From Alphaproteobacteria bacterium UBA3002 (GTDB lineage Bacteria > Pseudomonadota > Alphaproteobacteria > Rickettsiales > UBA3002): a DNA stretch of 64,000 nucleotides. The stretch covers positions 4,860 to 68,859 of the forward strand of contig DDZS01000019.1 in assembly GCA_002346425.1 (NCBI GenBank). Reading direction: 5' to 3'. Positions 22,577 to 30,101 of the stretch are shown piece after piece. How positions within the stretch are numbered: the first letter of the stretch is position 1; each line of letters begins with the position of its first letter. The notes beneath the pieces are model-generated. The model saw nothing but the letters and a program-made list of their open reading frames with translations, was not told the DNA's origin and made no database searches. The translations under genes and the position numbers were made by a program.

Positions 22577-23482
22577 ATGCAGTTGCTTGAAGACTGGCTG
22601 CAGCATTTGCAGCATGTGCGCGGATATTCCGAACACACCATTTTAGCCTACCAAAATGACGGTGCACATTTTCTACATTTTTTGCAACAGCATCATGGTG
22701 AGGTGGCGACTTTACGTATATTACGCGAGCTGAGCACGTCGGACGGACGGAGCTGGCTCGCCGCACGGCACCGCGAGGGGTATAGTAAAAGCGCGACGTC
22801 GCGGGCGCTGTCATCGATACGCCATTTTTACCGCTGGCTGGAGCGTGAACATGGCATCGAAAATAGTGCCATTTTCTACCTTCGCTCGCCGAAATTAAAT
22901 AAGCCGCTGCCCAAGGCGCTACAGCCGGATCAGGCGCTGGCGATGGTTGGGGCAATCGGCAGTCTGCATGAAGAAGCCTGGCTCGCTGCCCGCGATGAGG
23001 CATTACTGATGCTGGTATATGGCTGTGGACTGCGGATCAGTGAAGCCCTGGGCCTAACAGTCGCAGGATTCTCCGCGCAGTCGGGAAGCCTACGCATATT
23101 GGGCAAAGGCAACAAGCAGCGCGATGTGCCCTTGCTGCCGATTGTATCGCAGAAAATCACCGACTATGTGCGATTATGCCCATGGCATGCGGATAGTGAT
23201 TCCGCGCGGCCCCTGTTTTATGGTCTGCGTGGCGCGCCGCTGGATGGGCGCCAGTTCCGCAAAAACCTGCAAAATATCCGCCGTGCGCTTAGCCTACCAG
23301 AAACCGCGACGCCCCACGCCTTTCGCCATAGTTTTGCCACGCATTTATTGGCCGAAGGCGCGGATTTGCGCGATATTCAGGAATTATTAGGCCATAGCAG
23401 CATCTCCACCACGCAACGCTACACGCATGTGGATACAGCGCGGTTAATGCAGGCTTATGCCGATGCCATGCCGGAGCTATGA
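22577..23482 (+). CDS. xerC: tyrosine recombinase XerC
   Basis: ATG 22577 lies 3 nt after the DUF484 stop and gives 301 aa. Catalytic pattern RISEALGL, HAFRHSFATHLL, LGHSSISTTQRYTH. Confidence 0.85.
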   Translation: MQLLEDWLQHLQHVRGYSEHTILAYQNDGAHFLHFLQQHHGEVATLRILRELSTSDGRSWLAARHREGYSKSATSRALSSIRHFYRWLEREHGIENSAIFYLRSPKLNKPLPKALQPDQALAMVGAIGSLHEEAWLAARDEALLMLVYGCGLRISEALGLTVAGFSAQSGSLRILGKGNKQRDVPLLPIVSQKITDYVRLCPWHADSDSARPLFYGLRGAPLDGRQFRKNLQNIRRALSLPETATPHAFRHSFATHLLAEGADLRDIQELLGHSSISTTQRYTHVDTARLMQAYADAMPEL

Positions 23483-24078
23483 TCGAAGGCGTGATGCGCT
23501 AAAAAATGCTGTAATTGATGGTGCACCTGTCGGTTTGAGGGCATCCACGTATGGCAGCTAGGGACACAGACATGATCCTGCATGCCTTCAACACGGGTGC
23601 TACTGACGGGGACTTTGCTATCATTGGGCTGACCAATCCATCCATCAAACGGGGGAAAGGTGAGCGTGCCGGCTATCCCGGTTAGCGGATAATCGATATG
23701 TTCGCCCTCGAATAAAGCGGGTAGGGCGGCGGTGGTTAACTGCTGGCCAGCCGGGCCGAACAGGGCACGGTACCATGCGTAAGGCGCCATCCGATCGGCA
23801 ATTTCGCTGCCGTGATTGGGAGAGCCAATTTGTAGCACCGCTTCGACACCCTGCGGGCGGTAATGCTGCATAACATAGCGCCAGAGCACACCCCCCATGG
23901 AATAGCCGACCAAAAACAGCGGTAAATCGCTGTCATGTTCTTGCTCTACCACTTGCGCCAGCAATTCGGCGAGCGCTTCGATGGGAAGTTGGCGCGACGG
24001 GTAATCGAGATTGGTAACGTGATAGTCCTGCGCGCTGAGCAGATGTTGGATGGGGCGCATATGTCGATGCGTGCGCAA
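23455..24078 (-). CDS. alpha/beta hydrolase (small esterase/lipase-like); true start probably upstream of the TTG at 24078
   Basis: GxSxG nucleophile elbow GYSMGG. The same frame stays open upstream and encodes IAIAQARGHVFLAHGIL (beta-strand plus HG oxyanion motif), but with no ATG/GTG/TTG. See the finding on a possible ATC start at 24120. Confidence 0.7.
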   Translation of the reverse strand: MRTHRHMRPIQHLLSAQDYHVTNLDYPSRQLPIEALAELLAQVVEQEHDSDLPLFLVGYSMGGVLWRYVMQHYRPQGVEAVLQIGSPNHGSEIADRMAPYAWYRALFGPAGQQLTTAALPALFEGEHIDYPLTGIAGTLTFPPFDGWIGQPNDSKVPVSSTRVEGMQDHVCVPSCHTWMPSNRQVHHQLQHFLAHHAFDHSSGMASA

Positions 24079-24122
24079 AATACCATGCGCCAGAAAGACA
24101 TGTCCGCGAGCTTGGGCGATGG

Positions 24123-24374
24123 CTATTCTTCCTTCAGCTTGGCCAGCACGCGCGTATACACGTCCTGCACATGTTCTTCCGGTTTCATGCGCCCGGTAGC
24201 CATCTCGTCGGCGACTTGTTTAAACACGTCCATATCGGCTTCTTTGCGCGTGATCGCCCAGCCTTCGGCTTTAAGCGTGCGCATTACCGCGGCAGCTTGT
24301 TTGCTGTAATCCTCAAAAAAGTAGCTTTTATCGGCTTTTTGAATGGCTTTGGCGATGAGTGCTTGGACAGACAT
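24123..24374 (-). CDS. hypothetical small protein (83 aa)
   Basis: Helical, Lys/Glu-rich sequence MSVQALIAKAIQKADKSYFFEDY... No family recognised. Tightly packed between the 491-aa ORF and the hydrolase. Confidence 0.55.
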   Translation of the reverse strand: MSVQALIAKAIQKADKSYFFEDYSKQAAAVMRTLKAEGWAITRKEADMDVFKQVADEMATGRMKPEEHVQDVYTRVLAKLKEE

Positions 24375-24395
24375 CTGCCCATAGTATGGATTTCA

Positions 24396-25871
24396 CTAAG
24401 CAAGGGAAGGCGAAGCTGCGGGTTGTTCACTTTTGATCGCATGCGCCCACGGCGCTTTTTCTAACGCGGAGATTTTTTCTTCGATAATCTCTTTGATTTG
24501 CTCTTCGCTTAATTTCATATCAGGCTGCTGGCTTAAGAAACCCGCGAAGTTCAGCAGCTTCTCACCACGCTCCGCTTCTGGGACATGCGCGTAAATATCG
24601 GCGGCCAAGGCGAAGATGCCGTTTAGATAGCCTTTGTCATACAGGTTCACACTACGCTCGTCTTTAGAGGACATGTAGAGCGTATTGGCGACGATGTTGA
24701 ATAGCGGGCTCATCATTGTGAATTGCGAGCCGCGATGCACATTCAGCATGTCTTGCGTTTTGCTGTTACTGCGGCTGAAGCCGGAACCAAGCAGTTGTTC
24801 CTGCGAGCGTGTTAAATCCTTGGCCCAGTTCACCGGGTTCATATCAAACCGGGTCGACGGGCGCCCAAAATATTCATTCACTTTATGCCGGTCTTCAAAC
24901 AACACCGATGCTGCGGTCATAATATTGCCGAAAATCGGCCCGATACCGCTCAACCGCAGGGGTTTATTGCGAATCCACGCCACGGGGTTTTCGCTAAAGC
25001 TTGCGCTAAATGCATCTGGCGGTTCGCCACCTTCGGCTTCGATCGCTTCGTTTTTGGCGCGCACTTCCGGCGACAGGCCAGCATATTTATCTTCCGGGAT
25101 AATCATGCCGCCCCACATGCCACCCATGGGTCCAAAACCTGCAATTTTCTTGAACTGATTGCCCTGCTTATGGCCGGCCAGAATTTGGTTCATCCCGCCA
25201 TAGCCTTGCACGGTATTATTGATGTAAATCGGGTAATCGTAGAAAGCGTTGACGATGGTATTGCCTAGCGTTGGCTGCGTTTTCAACCGGGCGATCATGC
25301 TATTCTGATCGTCGTCGAGCGGAATGCCTTCGCGTTCGAAGAAGCCTTCCATCGCGCCATACATATTCCCAATTTGCCGAGTGGGATTCTTGCGGCCACA
25401 TAGCATCAGCATCACGCTGGTCGACGCCCAGGCCGAGCCCTGAATCACTTCCGACGGGGTTTTACGAATGATGCCAGTAACAATCGGCATACAATCGGCA
25501 AACAAGTACACTAATCCGGCAAGGGGGATCGAGTTTTCTTTGATGAACTGCTTCCAGTCGCGCATGTCAGGGTGCAGTTCAATTTCTAGTGGCTCTTTGC
25601 GCACCGGCTTACTGGACACTGCGCCAATCTGCTGCAGGCTGTCCATCAATTCGCTTGCCTTGCTGAAGCCGCGAATGAAGAGACGCGTTTCATCTTTATC
25701 GCCATCCGGCGAGACGGCCCAACCCTTTTGCCGCAAGCCTGTTAAGACCTGTTGCATCTGTTCCGGCGACAGGTCCTGGCGTGGCGTCACATAGGCATAC
25801 TGAAAGTCCAGATTCTGATAGATATCAGCCCGGGTCACAGGGTTGTCGGCTTGCCATTCGTAGCGGGGCAT
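24396..25871 (-). CDS. hypothetical protein (491 aa), probably membrane associated
   Basis: No motif recognised. Hydrophobic segments IPLAGLVYLFADCMPIVTGII and GSAWASTSVMLMLCG, and a Gly/Met-rich stretch GFGPMGGMWGGMIIP. Codon usage resembles the neighbouring genes. Confidence 0.6.
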   Translation of the reverse strand: MPRYEWQADNPVTRADIYQNLDFQYAYVTPRQDLSPEQMQQVLTGLRQKGWAVSPDGDKDETRLFIRGFSKASELMDSLQQIGAVSSKPVRKEPLEIELHPDMRDWKQFIKENSIPLAGLVYLFADCMPIVTGIIRKTPSEVIQGSAWASTSVMLMLCGRKNPTRQIGNMYGAMEGFFEREGIPLDDDQNSMIARLKTQPTLGNTIVNAFYDYPIYINNTVQGYGGMNQILAGHKQGNQFKKIAGFGPMGGMWGGMIIPEDKYAGLSPEVRAKNEAIEAEGGEPPDAFSASFSENPVAWIRNKPLRLSGIGPIFGNIMTAASVLFEDRHKVNEYFGRPSTRFDMNPVNWAKDLTRSQEQLLGSGFSRSNSKTQDMLNVHRGSQFTMMSPLFNIVANTLYMSSKDERSVNLYDKGYLNGIFALAADIYAHVPEAERGEKLLNFAGFLSQQPDMKLSEEQIKEIIEEKISALEKAPWAHAIKSEQPAASPSLA

Positions 25872-25999
25872 TATGCTGCCTCTGGGTTAGGTTGTATTAT
25901 TACCATGCTTTATCCTACCCAATAATTATGACAGGCTGATGACGAAATCGCAGAATTTTTACTAAGAAATGGTAATTTTCGTGCCGTTTTTAGACGTGG

Positions 26000-27301
26000 C
26001 TATTCGTGAAACTCGTCGAGATTGGGAATCCGCGTGAATGCAATCTTGGTTCCGGAAAACCGATGATTCACCGAAGGTAGCGAGCCAATCGTCACTGTGT
26101 CGCGCCCAAAACGGCTATTCAGTCCATCCATTGCAAAAGACAGTTTTTCAAAGCGTTGCGCCAGCGCATCGTCGACCTGATTCCCATCGTCAAAAAGGGG
26201 CATTTGAGCTGAGGCATGCGGCACTAGGCCATGCAGGGACAAAGAGACTTTTTTCAGGCGGGTAATCCGGTGATGGCGCACCATCTCATGCCAAAGATGC
26301 TGTAGATGCCGGATGAGCTGAATATTGTCGCAGGCGCGATGAAAATGCGCTTCGATGGCATAGCGGGCACCCTGACTATACGGCGTGTTTTCCATGCGCA
26401 TGCTTAAAGTCAGACGGGTTGCATCCATATCATACCGCCGCATGCGACTGGCGGCTTTTAGCAACAGCCGCCGGGCCACTACCTCTGCCAACGCGACGGG
26501 CCGCCATTCCGGATCCAGCACATGGCTATGACCGACGACACGCTTTTGCACCGGGTCGGTAGGTAACTCAACCCCTCGCAGCGCGTACCAATACCGCTCT
26601 CCAACCACGCCACCCCAGATTTTGCGCATATGTTTCATGTCCAGCCGATACAAATCCGCCAGCGTATAAATGCCGGCGCGAAGCAAACGTTTTTCCATCC
26701 CCGGGCCGATCCCGGGAATGAAGGTGAGCGGCTTTTTGCCTAAAATGCCGGGCGCATCTTGCGGCATCAGCGTGACCAAACCATCCGGTTTTTGCAAATC
26801 GGTGGCGATTTTGGCGAGTAATCCATTGGTCGAAAGCCCAATCGAGCAACGGATCGCTTCGCCGACATCGCGGTAAATGGTGCGTTTGATGTCGCGTGCC
26901 AATTGCACCGCGACGTCTGGGTTTTGTTGTACTTTATCCAACTCACACGCCACTTCGTCGATGGATTTAACCTCCGTAACCGGGATGTGGCGATCGATCG
27001 CTTTTAAAAATTGCTGATGGTAATCGACATACAAATCGTGCCGGGCAGGCACGCAGATCAATTCTGGACACATGCGTTTGGCGTCATAGATTTTGGTACC
27101 GGTTTTAATACCGAAGGCTTTCGCTTCATAGCTCGCAGCAATCGCGCAGGTGGCGTCCGTCATCATCGGCACCACGGCCACCGGTTTGCCGCGCAGGCGC
27201 GGTTCAGCTTGCTGTTCGCAGCTGGCAAAATAGCTGTTCATATCTAAAAACAGCCAGTTCACCTTGCCGGGCAGGGGAAATGTGGCGTGGTCCGAGCGCA
27301 T
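26000..27301 (-). CDS. Y-family DNA polymerase, UmuC-like
   Basis: 433 aa. LFLDMNSYFASCEQ (compare E. coli UmuC DVNAFYASCE), SIDE catalytic motif (VKSIDEVACEL), C-terminal MDGLNSRFGRDTVTIG (UmuC C-terminal type). Confidence 0.85.
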   Translation of the reverse strand: MRSDHATFPLPGKVNWLFLDMNSYFASCEQQAEPRLRGKPVAVVPMMTDATCAIAASYEAKAFGIKTGTKIYDAKRMCPELICVPARHDLYVDYHQQFLKAIDRHIPVTEVKSIDEVACELDKVQQNPDVAVQLARDIKRTIYRDVGEAIRCSIGLSTNGLLAKIATDLQKPDGLVTLMPQDAPGILGKKPLTFIPGIGPGMEKRLLRAGIYTLADLYRLDMKHMRKIWGGVVGERYWYALRGVELPTDPVQKRVVGHSHVLDPEWRPVALAEVVARRLLLKAASRMRRYDMDATRLTLSMRMENTPYSQGARYAIEAHFHRACDNIQLIRHLQHLWHEMVRHHRITRLKKVSLSLHGLVPHASAQMPLFDDGNQVDDALAQRFEKLSFAMDGLNSRFGRDTVTIGSLPSVNHRFSGTKIAFTRIPNLDEFHE

Positions 27302-27318
27302 GATTTTTCTTTCATCCG

Positions 27319-27355
27319 ACTATAGCACGGGACTTGACCGCGCGACAATCGACAA
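27319..27355 (-). promoter_or_regulatory. putative sigma70-type promoter of the UmuC-like gene
   Basis: The minus strand reads TTGTCG-A-TTGTCG, then 18 nt, then TATAGT, then 17 nt, then ATG. The -35-like hexamer is directly repeated. Sequence-pattern guess only. Confidence 0.25.
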
Positions 27356-27380
27356 CTAAAAGGCAAAGGGTAAAAGCCGC

Positions 27381-27470
27381 GGAGGGGTGGCTGAGTGGTC
27401 GAAAGCGGCGGTCTTGAAAACCGTTGAGCGTGTGAGCGTTCCGGGGGTTCGAATCCCTCCCCCTCTGCCA
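27381..27470 (+). tRNA. tRNA-Ser (anticodon UGA)
   Basis: Acceptor GGAGGGG pairs with CCCCTCT (G1-U72 wobble). Anticodon loop CTTGAAA, long variable arm, T-loop GGTTCGAATCC, discriminator G, and encoded CCA. Confidence 0.9.
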
Positions 27471-27502
27471 TAAAAACAGTCGCCTTAGGCGGCTTTTTTT
27501 AT
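27453..27502 (+). repeat. direct repeat copy 1: last 18 nt of tRNA-Ser plus its terminator
   Basis: ATCCCTCCCCCTCTGCCATAAAAACAGTCGCCTTAGGCGGCTTTTTTTAT. It recurs at 27605..27656 with two small indel/substitution patches in the hairpin. Confidence 0.85.
27478..27500 (+). terminator. intrinsic terminator of tRNA-Ser
   Basis: Stem AGTCGCC / GGCGGCT (7 bp including one G-U), loop TTA, then 7 T. Confidence 0.8.
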
Positions 27503-27553
27503 AGGTGCGGGAAGCGGTGAACGGACACCTTAGGGTTCGACAACAAGCTTAGT

Positions 27554-27605
27554 GAGCCGAAGGCGAGCTTAGCGGTTGCAGCGCAGGCGCGAAGCGCTGA
27601 GCACA
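27554..27605 (+). repeat. degenerate, shortened copy C of the dispersed intergenic repeat
   Basis: GAGCCGAAGGCGAGC..GGTTGCAGCGCAGGCG..CGAAGCGCTGAGCACA shares the GAGCCG, AAGGCG, GTTGCAGC-CAGGC, GCGAAGCG and GA-CACA blocks with copies A and B, but lacks the middle part. Confidence 0.4.
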
Positions 27606-27656
27606 TCCCTCCCCCTCTGCCATAAAAACAAGTCGCCTTTCGGCGGCTTTTTTTAT
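27605..27656 (+). repeat. direct repeat copy 2: pseudo tRNA-Ser 3' end plus terminator
   Basis: ATCCCTCCCCCTCTGCCATAAAAACAAGTCGCCTTTCGGCGGCTTTTTTTAT. There is no tRNA body upstream of it. Confidence 0.85.
27631..27654 (+). terminator. intrinsic terminator (duplicate copy)
   Basis: Stem GTCGCC / GGCGGC, loop TTTC, then 7 T. Confidence 0.75.
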
Positions 27657-27756
27657 GGCTGTGCCTTTTCACCGAGAAATTCTGAGATCGTTGAAACATA
27701 GCTGACCATGTCAAAAGAATGTGCGATGATAGCCGGCATCGAATGTTCAAAAGAGA

Positions 27757-28332
27757 ATGATGACTAAGAAAACCCGTTGCGGATGGTTGCCGGAGGACAA
27801 GCCGGATTACACGCTATATCATGACACCGAATGGGGCGTACCGGTGCATGATGACCGCGTGTTATTTGAAATGCTGATTCTGGAAGGCGCGCAGGCTGGT
27901 TTAAGCTGGTACACTATTCTAAAGCGTCGGGAGGGCTACCGTGCCGCCTTCCATCACTTTGATGTGAACAAATGCGCTACGATGACGGATGAGAAGCTAG
28001 AGCACGTGCTGGCCACGGGCGATGTTATCCGCAATCGGCTCAAAGTATTCTCCGTACGTAAAAACGCGCGGGCCTTTCAAGCGATTCAAAAAGAATTCGG
28101 CTCTTTCGATGCATATGTGTGGCGATACGTTGGGGGCAGTCCAAAGGTAAATCATCCCAAAACGCTTAACGACATTCCTGCCAGCACGCCTGAATCAGAT
28201 GCGTTGTCTAAAGACCTTAAAAAACGCGGTATGAGCTTCGTCGGTTCCACCATTCTTTATGCCTATATGCAGGCGGTGGGGCTGGTGAATGACCACATGG
28301 CGGAGTGCTTCTGCGCGCCTCGCCATAGGTAA
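27757..28332 (+). CDS. tag: DNA-3-methyladenine glycosylase I
   Basis: 191 aa. CGWLPEDKPDYTLYHDTEWGVPVHDD, LILEGAQAGLSW. Confidence 0.93.
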   Translation: MMTKKTRCGWLPEDKPDYTLYHDTEWGVPVHDDRVLFEMLILEGAQAGLSWYTILKRREGYRAAFHHFDVNKCATMTDEKLEHVLATGDVIRNRLKVFSVRKNARAFQAIQKEFGSFDAYVWRYVGGSPKVNHPKTLNDIPASTPESDALSKDLKKRGMSFVGSTILYAYMQAVGLVNDHMAECFCAPRHR

Positions 28333-28392
28333 TCCTTAGGACGCCCCTTCCTCAATAGGGCAAGGTATTTACGCCAATCTTCTTTTCTCACT

Positions 28393-28989
28393 ATGCGGAC
28401 CTATATCTATGAGATGCGACGACACACATTGTTGGTATGGACGATATTAGGAGGAATCATGTTTTCTATATTTGGCGGAGGAGCGGCCCGGGCCGAAAAC
28501 GAGGCTGCGGATGCGTATGGCTTCACCTTTGAAGCATTGACGTCTGACACGCCCATCCAGTTATCTGACTATCGCGATCAGGTAATTTTGGTGGTGAATA
28601 CCGCCTCGGAATGCGGTTTTACCCAGCAATATGAGGGTTTAGAAGCGCTGTATCAGCGCTATCAGGAACAAGGGCTGGTAATTATCGGCGTGCCGAGCAA
28701 TGATTTCGGTGGACAGGAACCGGGCAGCAACGAAGAGATTGCGACATTTTGCAAAGCCAATTTTGGCGTGACCTTTCCGATGGCGGCAAAAAGCGTGGTC
28801 ACCGGTGATGAGGCGCATCCATTTTATCTTTGGGCCCGCGAGAAACTGGGCTTTCTGGCCAAACCGAAATGGAATTTTCACAAATATCTGATCAACCGTC
28901 AGGGCGAAGTGGTGGATTATTTCCATTCGACCACCGCCCCGGATTCGGCCCGTTTGCAGCAAGCAATTGAGAAGGCGCTGCAAGGCTGA
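28393..28989 (+). CDS. glutathione peroxidase (Cys type) with N-terminal signal/anchor
   Basis: 198 aa. VVNTASECGFT, GVPSNDFGGQEP, WNFHKYLI. Hydrophobic N-terminus LLVWTILGGIMFSIFGGGAARA. The start could be a downstream Met. Confidence 0.9.
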   Translation: MRTYIYEMRRHTLLVWTILGGIMFSIFGGGAARAENEAADAYGFTFEALTSDTPIQLSDYRDQVILVVNTASECGFTQQYEGLEALYQRYQEQGLVIIGVPSNDFGGQEPGSNEEIATFCKANFGVTFPMAAKSVVTGDEAHPFYLWAREKLGFLAKPKWNFHKYLINRQGEVVDYFHSTTAPDSARLQQAIEKALQG

Positions 28990-28994
28990 TTTAC

Positions 28995-30101
28995 TTGGGC
29001 GTGGGACTGGTTTATAGTCCCGCCGACATGACGAAATGCCTTAATCTGTTGGCGCATCCGCGCATGGTGTTCTGGCTGTTACCCTGGCTAATGGTGCTGT
29101 TGGTGGCGGGTACGCTGGCACAACGTTCGATTGGGCTATATGAAGCCGAACGACAGTATTTTGCTTCCTGGCTGGTCTGGCTCGGCCCGCTCCCGTTACC
29201 GGGCATGTATCCAACATTGGCAGTCCTCGCGAGCGCATTGCTCGCCAAAACCCTGTTTCGTAGTCCGTGGCATCCGTACAAAGCGGGCATCTATATCACG
29301 CATCTTGGGGCCTTGTTGCTGATGGCAGGCGGACTCCTCACCGCGTTGCATAGCGAAGAGGGGTTTGTGGCTTTACAGCAGGGCGATACCAAGCAGCAGG
29401 TGTCGGATTATCATGCGCGCGAGTTGGTCGTGCTAAAAAATGGCGAAGGCATCGCGCGCGTGCCTGCCGAAGCGCTGCAGCCGGGCATGCATTTGCAGGA
29501 AACGCCTTTTACGATCACATTGGCATCCTATTGCCGGAATTGTCAGCCGGTGCCACGCGAAGCCACAGACTTGCCTGTGCATGGCGTGGCCGAGAAATTC
29601 GATTTAAAATCCACCGCGTTGGAAACGGAGGATGAAGCCAATCAATCAGGCGCGGTGTTACAGGTCACCGGCGCAGGCGAGGCCGATGGGCTGTATGTCA
29701 CCTTCGAACCAGTCCCGCACCCGCCGGGCTTTAGCGTAGGCGATGATGCCTATCTTCTACAAATGCAACGCGAGCAGCGCGAACTGCCGTTTAGTATCAC
29801 CTTACATTCGGTGGAGAAGCTCACGCATCCGGGTATGGATATGGCGCGGGAATATCAATCGGAAGTGACCATCACCGATTCGAATGGGTTGCAGTTTCAA
29901 CGCTTGATCCGGATGAATGAACCGCTGCGCATCGAGGGCTATACCCTTTATCAGGCGTCGCTGGCAGATGCGCGCGGTGAGTTGGTCAGCGTTCTGGCGG
30001 TGGTCAAAAACAAGGGGCGAGTGTTCCCTTACGTTGCCGGCGTCGCGATGGCGCTCGGGCTATTGGTGCATTGCGTGCAGCGGTTGCGTCGCCATGCGTA
30101 A
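28995..30101 (+). CDS. cytochrome c biogenesis protein ResB/CcsB-like (System II)
   Basis: 368 aa from TTG 28995 (ATG 29028 is also plausible). N-terminal TM LLPWLMVLLVAGTLAQRSIG, C-terminal MNEPLRIEGYTLYQASL followed by a TM segment. Overlaps the ccsA start. Confidence 0.8.
   Translation: MGVGLVYSPADMTKCLNLLAHPRMVFWLLPWLMVLLVAGTLAQRSIGLYEAERQYFASWLVWLGPLPLPGMYPTLAVLASALLAKTLFRSPWHPYKAGIYITHLGALLLMAGGLLTALHSEEGFVALQQGDTKQQVSDYHARELVVLKNGEGIARVPAEALQPGMHLQETPFTITLASYCRNCQPVPREATDLPVHGVAEKFDLKSTALETEDEANQSGAVLQVTGAGEADGLYVTFEPVPHPPGFSVGDDAYLLQMQREQRELPFSITLHSVEKLTHPGMDMAREYQSEVTITDSNGLQFQRLIRMNEPLRIEGYTLYQASLADARGELVSVLAVVKNKGRVFPYVAGVAMALGLLVHCVQRLRRHA

Noticed and set aside
27499-27750. 83-aa minus-strand ORF across the tRNA-Ser duplication
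   Set aside because: It spans two terminator hairpins and the repeat copy, its composition is implausible, and no RBS is seen. The region is better explained as non-coding repeats.
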